Assembly: GCA_002269645.1 (NCBI GenBank)
Contig: NIVC01000225.1
Span: 288,416 to 352,415, forward strand
DNA from: Macrostomum lignano
Lineage: Eukaryota
Length of the DNA stretch: 64,000 bases
Direction: 5' to 3'
Shown here: piece by piece, positions 38,794 through 50,900 of the stretch
Numbering within the stretch: position 1 is the stretch's first letter
How the letters are laid out: every line of letters starts with the position of its first letter
Notes under the pieces: generated by a model
What the model was told of the DNA's origin: nothing
Database searches by the model: none
The model's input: only the letters and a program-made list of their open reading frames with translations
Made by a program: the position numbers and the translations under genes

Positions 38794-41700
38794 TTAGGAA
38801 TTACCCTTTCTAGCAGAGCTCAGGTCATTGTCTAGAATGATCTCCAACATCTCCCTGTAGCATGCAAATCGCCGCAAAAAATGCATTGTAAATCTGTTCT
38901 GATTAATGTTGAACTACATGCTGGGGGTGCTTCCCGTTATATCATGTACTTTGGGTTGTTTAGAAATTGAGCTGAGATGACATTGTAGCGGTTTTAGTCA
39001 ATTAGTTTTCGGTTGTTCATTGATTCATTAATAGATACCATTGGTGTAAAAATAATTAGTATGGAGAAAAATTATAATGGTCGCACTTTAATAATTAGTG
39101 GGAAAAAGGATGCAAGCTGAAGTTAACAAAATGCACAGATGTCGATGTCAAAGCGAACAATCATAGAATAACTTCTAAACATCCAGCTAGACATCAAAAA
39201 GCTGGATTTTGTCGTAAGCTCTCAATTACAGCAGCATTCGTAATTCACTAAACTCACAGAATATACACAGAATGCTCAATCACGCATTTTGAGAAAATTT
39301 CTTTCTAATTAGAAATTAAATTCTATACTACTGGTAGCTACTCTTGTTGTGAAGAAAAACTAAGTAGGCCGAATGGCACTTTTCCATGTTTGTCCAACCC
39401 AGACGGACCATAGATGTATTTTAGCAGAGCATATCACTGAGTAGACTGGGAAGGGTATGCGTATGAGTATGAGTCTCATAATTGTGTTGTTGAAGTGCAG
39501 AGGCAGCTTCAATGACAGACGGGAGTGCCGAGAGGCCGTGACGAATCTTGCCTGTCAACCAGTTGTTGGGCTGTCAATTGCAGACCAACAGCAACTGCGA
39601 GAACGATGACAGCACTTTGCTGCGCGAATTTCGGGTCCAGGTAGCAGCCAACTGCAATTGCGCATAGTCCTGGGTTGCAGGGCGATGATCTGATTTCAGC
39701 GAACCCATTGCATCAACTGAGGAGGATAACAACCTGCTTGTCGGTACCTTCGGCATCATTGATAGCGAGAAGTGCGTCTACATTGGGGGCTGGCTGCTTT
39801 TCAAGCTCTTCAAATATGAGTGCAAGTGCGACGAATGCCAGCAGACGTTGAAAGTCGATGGTTCGAAAGCGACGCGCTTTCTGCAGCTCAAAAATAGACA
39901 GGATGGAACTGGAAACCTGGTCATCTCCAAAAGGGCAGTTGATCATATCTGCAGTCTGTCAGATGGAGCGCACCTTCACGACAACAGACAAAGAGTTGTG
40001 TGTTCTGAAGGGTGTGGGTCAACGGCTGCAAGAAAAGTTCTTTCCTATTGTTCTTGCTAACATTCACACACACAGCTCGGATCACAGTGAACGCTGCGCA
40101 AGGGCGGTGGCCAAGTTGTTTGCCCGAATTCGCCTGCATTGCTGGTGAAACAGTCAGAGGGAGCTCGCTCAGTAGAGAAAGCAGCGCGAGGGCGCACGAC
40201 AGGAATGAAGAGAAGTGAAGAGTAGAAGAAACTGATGCGAATGAATGCTGTTTGACTTGATTTTTTAAGATTCAATTTTTGACTTCCTAAATAAACTGAC
40301 CGGTTTTTAAATTTGATCCTTGTAGTAGGATCGTTACTGCTTTTGATACTTTTTGCTAAATTATTCTTTGCTAGTTTATACTACTGGCCATAGACTTCAC
40401 CACAAAAGTAGTACGCATGAACTTTAATTCGGCTTCATGGAAAATGCTTGATTGAGCATTCTGTGTATATTCTGTTTACTAAACTTCTAAACTTGACCAA
40501 AGCAGCCATATCTCATGAGATTTTTTTGACATAAATTGTTGATTATTCTGAATCTATTGTTTGCTTGTTAACTACTCGTTTGTTAATTTTAATTACAATA
40601 TAGTATGGATAACGAAATATTTATTAGTTATATGAATTCGTACATTTAGAGTCCCATGGTGAACATTTAGTATAAATATGGCATAAACAGCATCCATTTA
40701 AACTTACGGGTCGTACTACGAGAAAGAAGTAAAATAAAACTGCTTCACGGCATGGCAACTCGTAGCGAAATAATTTCGTATTTTAGTGAATATAAATAAA
40801 TAAGCAATTAACAGTCACAAATACAGGCTGAACGTCACGCATAAAAAGGAAGAGTAAACGTTTCAGTTCAAACAAATGTTGACAAATTTCACTGCATTTT
40901 AGTCTGACGTGTTTTACCTTCTGAGTTCCCATGCGATCAAAAAATATCTTGAAAACATCCTGTTTTTTGTACGACGCGGAGTACAGTTTGTTTCTTGTTA
41001 AAGCTTACTATAACAAAGAGGTTCTATTTTTAATATGCTCTTAAAATATTAAATGAGGTTACCCCTCATTACCCCGATCAGTTACCCCGATTACATTGAC
41101 ATTATTCAAAAGGGGATCGAACTTTAGAGGATAACAAATAGTACATATAAATTCTATTCCTTACCTGTAGTTAATCTCCCCATCTCCGTCTTTGTCCAAA
41201 TCGTTGATCAACCATTCGACCTCTTCGTCCGTGAGGTTAAGCCCGGATTCCTGAACGGTTTGAGTGGGTTTTGACAGTTTATTTAAGTGCAAGTCAATTG
41301 TAATTACTATTGACGTTATTAGAACTGATGCAAGTTCTGCCCCTTTCTGGAACAGGCAAAAATGTCAATTAGGTTTTAAGGCACTTCAGAAAAATGAGAA
41401 AGATAACTCGATTAAGCTTTCCCACGGAGAAATGTGTTCTTCCTTCAAACAGGTGCCGTAATAGATAGAATATTCAATTTCAATATGTGACAGACGCATT
41501 CCATCTCGCTTGTACAAATGACTTCAGAAAAAGAGGAAGCACTTTCTGTGTGGCGTGTCAGGGCGTGGGAAATGCGAAATTACATACATTTATGCTAATA
41601 TAATTCGAGCGAAATGCCACACAGCACAGCAAACCGCACAACTTAAAACAAAACTTGGTGCATATGTTATTGTCGAACAGGTAAAAATTAGCCAAAAAGG

Positions 41701-44700
41701 ATTTGTTAACTATTGTCGGCACTCGCGTCGTGTCAGTTGGCAGAGGTAAATAGGAATGATAAAAGATTACAGAAAATGTTGAGACAAATCTGGTGTGTTT
41801 TACCTTTCGGAAAATCTGAAATTGTATGCGTTGTTTGATAAAGTGTACGACTAGAATTGTCTTAAATGTTTCGCCACCCCTACCTTTTTGTAATTTTGTT
41901 TTGTAAAAACATATCAATCAACCTCGATCAAATTCAATTACTCTGGAGTGTTCATACTTGCACAGTCGTAGCGTGTGACTATAGTGTAGTACGCTTAATC
42001 TCACTGTCCTACCATCTCACTCCCACTGAATCTAAAATGTACACTGGGCAACCACCTCACTCCCACGGAATATAAAATGTACACTGAGCCAATCACCTCG
42101 CTCCCACTGAATCTACACTGGGCCAACCACCTCACTCCCACAGAATCTAAAATGTACACTGGGCCAACCACCTCACTCCCACAGAATCTAAAATGGACAC
42201 TGGGCCAACCACCTCACTGCCACTGAATCTAAAATGTACACTGGGCCAACCACCTCACTTCCACTGAATCTAAAATGTACACTGGGCCAACCACCTCACT
42301 TCCACTGAATCTAAAATGTACACTGGGCCAACCACCTCACTTCCACAGAATCTAAAATGGACACTGTGCCAACCACCTCACTGCCACTGAATCTAAAATG
42401 GACACTGTGCCAACCACCTCACTGCCACTGAATCTAAAATGGACACTGGGCCAACCACCTCACTGCCACTGAATCTAAAATGGACACTGGGCCAACCACC
42501 TCACTGCCACTGAATCTAAAATGGACGCTGGGCCAACCACCTCACTCCCACTGAATCTAAAATGTACACTGGGCCAACCACCTCACTGCCACTGAATCTA
42601 AAATGGACACTGGGCCAACCACCTCACTGCCACTGAATCTGCAATGAACATTTGGTCAAGCACCTTTCTCCCGCTGAATCTAAAATTTACACTGAAACAA
42701 GCAACTCATCCCCACTCAACCATTTCCTTGAATGTACGCTGGGCTTGAACTGCGCAATTTACAAACTAAGCCAACCTCCAAAATTTTAATAAAATCCACT
42801 TTTAGGTGGATGTAAATAAAAAAAGTGATTTTCTAAGACAGCCTAAAACTTACCTCGAGTCCTTCCAGAAACTCTTCTCGCGTCACCGACATGCTTCGAT
42901 CTTTGTCAAAGGTGTTAAAAAAATCGATCATCTTCATACCGCGTTTCTCAACAAAGTTTCTCAGCTTCATCATTGGATGCACTTTGGCCTTCTCGCGATG
43001 CGGCACCTTGACACCGACTTCCACCTTAAGCTCAGGCATTGTCTCCAGGAGTTGATAGTGCAGATCCTTGAAGTCGTCGTTAACCATGATGTCCTGCATT
43101 ATATTGTTTTCATTAATCATCTTTATTTAACATGAAGCATACCAAGAACTATAGATAAAAAAGCTCGTATAATTTTAGACTACTTTTAGTAAGAGGACGC
43201 AAGCTCAGACCCGAACGTCTCAGACTCGAACCTACATGTATGAATTTAATACGGTCGTACCTATTAGTTATGGTGCAGCTAAGCATTCGTGTCTCGCTCA
43301 AAAAGTTAAAGCGAAATTGGATTTATCTTCGTCGTATTTAATTGCTACGAAGTTCCGAAAAAATACGGAATGTGCCGACGGTATAAAAAGAATAAACCTT
43401 CGTTTCAAAGGGGGTTTTGAGACCACTGGATCAAAGCCTTCGGCGACATCGTCCCACTACCAGAGGCTATAATCTAGCCATTTCGATTACTTCTGAGCAC
43501 ATTCATACAGCTTGGTATTGTACGCAGACACGCGCTCGCACAGGGCTTAAAGTGCACTTATTTTATAATCACTATGTTATAGGAAGTCATATAAATAACA
43601 GTAATAATAATTGGCTACAACTGCCCCAATTGAGCCAGATGTGCAACCGACAGCTCAGCCGCAGCTATTGCGCGGCGCATCTGAAGGCTGAGTACGGCTG
43701 TTCAGTCCAAGGACTGGGGGGTCGCCACACACACCCTCAATTACCCCAGCTAATGCTGGCACCCATTTTACAGCTGGGTGAACTGAAGCAATGCAGAGTT
43801 GTGTCTTGCTCAAGGACACAAGGACACACCCCGACCTTCAAGTCGTGAGCGCGACGCTCTAACCACTAGGCTTCAACCTCCGAGGAAGTCAGCATGTAAA
43901 CTCTCTGCGCCACCAGGGTTTGCCTTCATGGATGTGAATTGCATGACGGCATAAAAGACAATTCACCGGCACATTTACTTACGCAAGCCCCGATTCGAAT
44001 TGACGTGGCTGAGCACAGATTTCATATCTCGGACACTTCATATCTCGGACACTCAATGTCTCGGAAATTTCATATCTAGGACACTTAATATCTCGGACAC
44101 TTAATATCTCGGACACTTAATATCTCGGACACTTAATATCTCGGACACTTAATATCTCGGACACTTAATATCTCGGACACTTAATATCTCGGACACTTAA
44201 TATCTCGGACACTTAATATCTCGGACACTTAATATCTCGGACACTTAATATCTCGGACACTTAATATCTCGGACACTTAATATCTCGGACACTTAATATC
44301 TCGGACACTTAATATCTCGGACATTTCATATCTCGGACACTTCATAACTCGGACACTTCATATCTCCGAAATTTCATATTCATTTGTATAGAATGCAGGT
44401 GATACCGCAAATTGTTCAGAAATCGCATGTGACTCTAATTGCACAGACTGTTTGCCCCAATTTAGCTGGCATCGCCAAAATATGTTTAAAACGTTTTTTA
44501 ACCTAATTGTTACGAAGGAATACCGCAGTACAAGACAGCAAGCTTAGCTTGGATTTGTGAAGGTTGAAACAGTAGTTCTCTAAATACGAGCGTACCACCC
44601 CTATAGCTACTCAGCAGTATGCTTCTCTCTTTTAATGGCCCGCCTCTCAATTGATATTCTCTCTTCTCAACAGCCGACTGTGAATAGCCACTCGTGCGAG

Positions 44701-44937
44701 CTTCTCTCCAAGTTGCAGCATAATTCAAACTATGAAGACTCGTTTCTCAGTTGACTGGTTGCAACGATTCAACACAGCAGTTGCTGGCTACGTACTACAG
44801 GCATTGGGTTGAATAGATTCTTGAGACAGCCACCCGGGGCAACAAAAGCAACCATGCATATGGCGCTCTAAAAAGAATTCTACTGAGTAACAGAAGAAGT
44901 GGCAGCCTGAGAGATGAAGAATCACAATAAGACAGAG

Positions 44938-44993
<56 letters not shown>

Positions 44994-47900
44994 CCGGTGC
45001 AGATTTTACAATGCACCTGAAGCACGAAAGCATTCTCTCAACAAATTGCACAGTCGAGCAGCGATAGAGAATGGGTTTTAGACACAATAGATTTGTCTAA
45101 AGCTCGAAAAAAATGGTAGCTTTTATCTGCCTGATTTTTCGCCAGTCGAGAAGGGACCGCGAGTTGGGGAGGGGTTAAAAGGGCTGCTTTAGCTACTCAG
45201 CATGCGTTCGTGCCGCCGACACGTGGGGAAGCCTATTCTTATAGAGTTGAATAGCCCGCTCTCGGAGTGTCTGAGCCACAGAGCCAGAGACAGAGGGCAG
45301 AGTGAGCAAGCCATCTTTTATAAAGAGTCGCATTTCTAACAGAAGCGGTACAGAGCAAAGCTGCTACCGCAATTTAGAAGATGGATCGCTCGAAGCGATC
45401 AGCCCAGGAGGCCGGACGGCGTGGTCGGGTTATCCTGACCAGCGACCCGCTGCTGCGGGCCTTCTATGAGAACAATGTGGAGCGCATGGGCGCCATCATT
45501 CGCGAGGACCCAGCCGAGCTAGAACGCTTGCTAGACCAGGTGCATCCGTTGGCCTGTCTGGCAGCTAAGGAAGACCGAGATGATGTGCTGGGGCTGGTGA
45601 ACTCACTCGGTGGTAGGCTCGATCTGCGCAATGCCGAACAGATGACGCCGTTGCATTTGGCTGTGATGCACGGCTGTTTGAAGGCTACTAATTTTCTCAC
45701 CTACCTAAAGAGTAGCGACCTGAACGAGCCGTATCCGAATGGTGACTACCTACTGCACAGGGCCTGCGTCACTGGTCAGCCTGAGCTGGTGCTGCAGCTC
45801 ATGCGAGTTGGCGCCGATCCCAATAAGACAAATGCTCAGGGCCTGTTGCCGCTGCACAAAGCCTGCGAGGAGGAAAGCGTCGCCATGGCAGCCGCTTTGC
45901 TGCCTAAGACCGAGAACGTGAACGTGGCCGGGCAGCAGGGTCGAACTGCGCTGCATATTGCGGCTGCCAACCAGTCGCTTGCCCTCATCAAGCTGCTGCT
46001 GGCCTACAATGCCGACATTGACAAATACGACCGCAACAAGGAGTCGCCAATGGACATCATCATCCAAATGGGCAACAAGAACATCCTGGTTGGTCTTGCC
46101 AACTTCCTTGATCGTTCAGTCACGGGAAGCTTCCTCTCGTTCAAAGAGCTGGACGATAACGCCGAGTTTTCAAGTGTCCTTCGCTTCATCGAAGCCATAG
46201 ACAACGAAATCACGCATCCGACAGCGGCTAAGAAGTTGGAGGTGCCCGAAGAAGAGGCCTCAAGAATTATCGGCCGAATCGCGACCGAGGAGAAGACGGA
46301 TTTTATGGAGTTTCGCTCAATGCTCAAGACAATCGCCTATGGTGGTCTCTCGCAGAGGATTATTGATCACAAGATTGTTGACAAACTTGCCGTTGCCGTC
46401 TGCAAGCAAGTCCTATTTCGTGAGGATGCCGAAATGCTGCGATTAATTGTCTACAACACCGGATTGTGGCCCGCCATCCGCTCCGCTCTGGAAGAGGATG
46501 TGTTCATACTGTATGAGACCTGCCAAGAAATCGGCTCGACCGGCATGGTTGGCCTCATTAAGCACGAAACCTTCGACACGGAGGACGAGATGAACATTGA
46601 AGATTTCTGTCGCTTTGTCGCTCAGGTATCCAATCTGCCGGCGTTGGACATGAGCAGAGAAAAGGAACGGGACGAGTTTCTAAAGGACCCGCTGCAGTCA
46701 CTGACTCTCTGGTCGATTCTGACTGGCCGCTTTGATCTTACAGAAGATCTGCTGAAAACCGAACAATTCGACATTATCCCAATGGGCTTAATGTGTGCGG
46801 GCATTCTGCGCAACATCCGCTTCCGACCGGAGATTCCGTCGCCAACAAAGAAAATCATGGAAAACGTTGCTGACAAATGCGAGAGCGTTGCTGTGAAACT
46901 ACTGCGAAGCATCACCGAGTACGACACATCCGATAACAAAGTGGTCAGCATCCAGTACATGCGCTGCCCGTTGCATCCCTACAGCAACAAATCTGCTATT
47001 GATCTGGCTGCATCTGGTCAATCGGAATCGTTCATCACTATGCCGAGTGTACAAAGCGCCCTCGACATGGAGTGGTACGACCGCCTGTACAAGCTGCCCT
47101 GGCTGCTGCGCCAGTTTCTTGTGCTGATGGCCCTCATTCCCTACAACCCAATTGTGGCGTTCATTCTCATCCGGCTAGAGAAGAAGAAGGCAGAGGAGCG
47201 CCGGTCTAAAGCCGCCACCGAAGAGGAGGAAGAAGATAAAGAAGTGAATTTGCTAATATTTATAATGCTTGTGAAGTTCCTGATCTATTTAACGCGTATT
47301 TTTCGATATTTTCCACGAAATTACGGCGCGTAATTCATTTTCTTTCCAGGTAATCGGCGTTACCCTGGGTTCTGAAGCGCGCAAGCGCAATACAAAGGAC
47401 AAAAAGGACGAGGATAGAGTCGGTGCAACCGACCGGCGCAAGAAGATGCGCCGTCACCTAACTATGCAGCAGTCGGAGGAGGCCCTGACAGATGACAAGC
47501 CTGACCAACAGCAGGCGGACATGGAGTTGGCGCGTATGGACTCACGCTCCACGCTACTCTCCACGGACAGAAAGAGCCGTGGTAGACCCGGACGCTCCGA
47601 CGAAGAGCCAACAAAGGCCGAGAACATTTTTAAGCAGTCTTTTGACGCTATGAACAAACTGTACAACACGCCGTGCGTTAAGTTCCGCTTTCACGTCATG
47701 TCTCACATCATCTTCGTCCTTATCTTCTCAATTGTGATGGTCGCCCAGTTTCGCTACCATCCAACGCCGCTAGAGATAATCGTTTATCTGTTTCTGTGCG
47801 GCTTTCTGTTAGAAGAGTTGCGCGAAGCTAACATGGCTTTAAACTCGGGAACAATGTCGGAATACATATCGGACGGTTGGAACATCATCGATAACACAGC

Positions 47901-50900
47901 CATCCTATTGGGCCTTGCTGGATTTGTGCTACGTTTGTTCCGTATCAACACAAAGATGACGACAAGTGATCTTTACACTTTCACTGACAGCTTCTGGTGG
48001 TGCGCTCACCTCACTTTGGCTCTCAGCTGCCTGCTGTTCTGGATTCGATTGCTCTACATCAGTACGGTGCTTGAGAGCCTGGGCCCGAAGCTGAAGATGA
48101 TCTATATCATGATCATACGCGATTTCCTACCGTTTCTCATCATCTTGTCCATCGTGATGTTCGGCTTCGGCATAGCTATTCACGGCCTACTGTTCCCTAA
48201 CGGCTACGCCAAAGACAACAAGGTTCCATTGAGCGGCGCCGAGATCTTCCAGCGGATGTTCAAGATCACCTTCTACGCCATGGTTGGTGACTACTCGCTG
48301 GATCTGATCCAAGGCAGCGATTGCAACAATGAGACAACTACTAAACCGTGCCCCCATCCGCTCGGAAAGATTGTGGTGCTCAACATGATCATGGTGATTT
48401 ACATCGTTATCACTAGCGTCCTGCTGCTAAACCTCATCATCTCGCTGTTCAGCAAAACAGTCGAAGAGGTCGACAGTAAATCGTTCGCCCTGTGGCAGTT
48501 CGAGCGTTACAACTTGGTGCACGAGTTCCACATCCGGTTTCCGCTGCCACCGCCGTTGAACATCCTTGGAAGCGTCTTCAAACGAATCAGCGGTATTTTC
48601 CTGCGGTTCAAAGCCCGCGGCAGGCAGGACAGCCAGAAGTTGACTCGCGGCTTCGAGAAGGCCTCCGTGTTCCACTTCCTGCTCTATCAGGCGTTTAGTC
48701 TCCGTAGGAAGCGCAAATACCTTGAGGGCGACGTGGAGATCGAAGACATTGACAAGATCATCGGCGAGATCAACACCAACGTGAAGCTGATGAACACCGA
48801 GATCGGCAACCTCACCAGGAAGGTGGCCGAGCAGCGAGATGAGTGCGAAGAAGATGAAGATTGATTGGCTGTTTCGAATCAAACTGAGGACCATAATAAT
48901 GGATTATTCAGATTTTGATGTTTCAGTAGCTACAGTTAAAACTCTCACATCAGAAAAAAGTCGCAAAACTTATATTCGATTTTTTACTTTGTAATAATTT
49001 TTCGCAAACTTTTACTATACTCATTTTGTTTAGTTTATATTAACAACTCGTATAGTTAATTAAACTGACTCGTACTTGTACGCCACGTCGTAGCCCTTTT
49101 GCTGTTGAACTCTGCATATTCATGAGATGATATTTTTAGACGTAATTATTTAAACAAAATTCCACAATTGCATCATCCTGTTTTAAGCTGAAATTGGCCA
49201 ATAAATTAAGCTCATTAGAAGCTATGGAATTAGTAGGATCGCAGCGTTTGTACATGAATTACTAATTTTTGACAACAATTTAATAATATCGTACGAGCGT
49301 AATTCACTTGCTCACCTGAAAGTCTAGCAGACAGATCTGAGACTGTGGATTCTTGGAAACGGCAGTTAGAATTGCATAACAACCGGAAGTTTGCATCGGA
49401 TTTCGGCCCATCTGACGAAAAGTGATATCGGTTTTGTCAATGCTAGATTAATTTTTTTATTTTCCTTACATTTTTACCAAAATCTTTACAAATTGTCACT
49501 CTGTTTGCACTCTGTCACTCCTCAACCTACTCAATTCTCTGTCTGTCACTCATCAAACTGCTCACATCTCTGTCTGTCACTCACTAACCTGCTCACATCT
49601 CTGTCTGTCACTCACCAACCTGCTCACATCTCTGTCTGTCACTCACCAACCTGCTCACATCTCTGTCTGTCACTCACTAACATGCTCACATCTCTGTCTG
49701 TCACTCACTAACCTGCTCACATCTCTGTCTGTCACTCACTAACATGCTCACATCTCTGTCTGTCACTCACCAACCTGCTCACATCTCTGTCTGTCACTCA
49801 CTAACATGCTCACATCTCTGTCTGTCACTCACCAACCTGCTCACATCTCTGTCTGTCACTCACTAACATGCTCACATCTGTCTGTCACTCTCCAACCTGC
49901 TCACATCTCTGTCTGTCACTCACTAACATGCTCACATCTCTGTCTGTCACTCACCAACCTGCTCACAACTCTGTCTGTCACTCATCAAACTGCTTAAAAC
50001 TATCACTTCAAATACGAGTTTGCCACCCAGAACTCACCCGCAGAACCTTGAGCGTACTATTTAATGTAAGTCCCTTTCCAAACAGTACGGCGCCTTCAGT
50101 AGTGATTCGATTGTTCCTGAAAGCAAATCAAATGTTTGAACTAGCTGACTAGATCTAACAACTTCTTGATGGAGTTCATGCACAATATATTGCATTCAAC
50201 AAACATTTTCTGTGCAGAAATCAAGATTATTTTGTTCAACAAATAAAAAACTAGACAAAACAATTTAGCTCATACTTTAACTAAATTCAACGATCTCATA
50301 TGCCTACTGAGAGTAGAAAAGTAAGTAAAATTATATGTATTATGCTTGTACACGCGTGTACAAGATTCATTTTGGGAGGCCGTCCGAGCAACTGAGGATC
50401 TAGGAGGCTGGCTGCCCAGCAACTGAGGATCTGGGAGGCTGGCTGCCCAGCAACTGAGGATCTGGGAGGCTGGCCCAGCAACTGAGGATCTGGGAGGCTG
50501 GCTGCCCAGCAACTGAGGATCTGGGAGGCTGACCCAGCAACTGAGGATCTGGGAGGCTGGCCCAGCAACTGACACTCTGGGAGGCTGGCCCAGCAACTGA
50601 GGATCTGGGAGGCTGACCCAGCAACTGAGGATCTGGGAGGCTGGCCCAGCAACTGAGGATCTGGGAGGCTGACCCAGCAACTGAGGATCTGGGAGGCTGG
50701 CCCAGCAACTGACACTCTGGGAGGCTGGCCCAGCAACTGACACTCTGGGAGGCTGGCCGAGCAACTGACACTCTGGGAGGCTGGCCCAGCAACTGACACT
50801 CTTGGAGGCTGGCCCAGCAACTGACACTCTGGGAGGCTGGCCCAGCAACTGACACTCTGGGAGGCTGGCCCAGCAACTGACACTCTGGGAGGCTGGCCGA

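Noticed and set aside
44510-44940. Short minus-strand ORFs with a good acceptor after (CT)n
   Set aside because: All frames close quickly and show no recognisable similarity.
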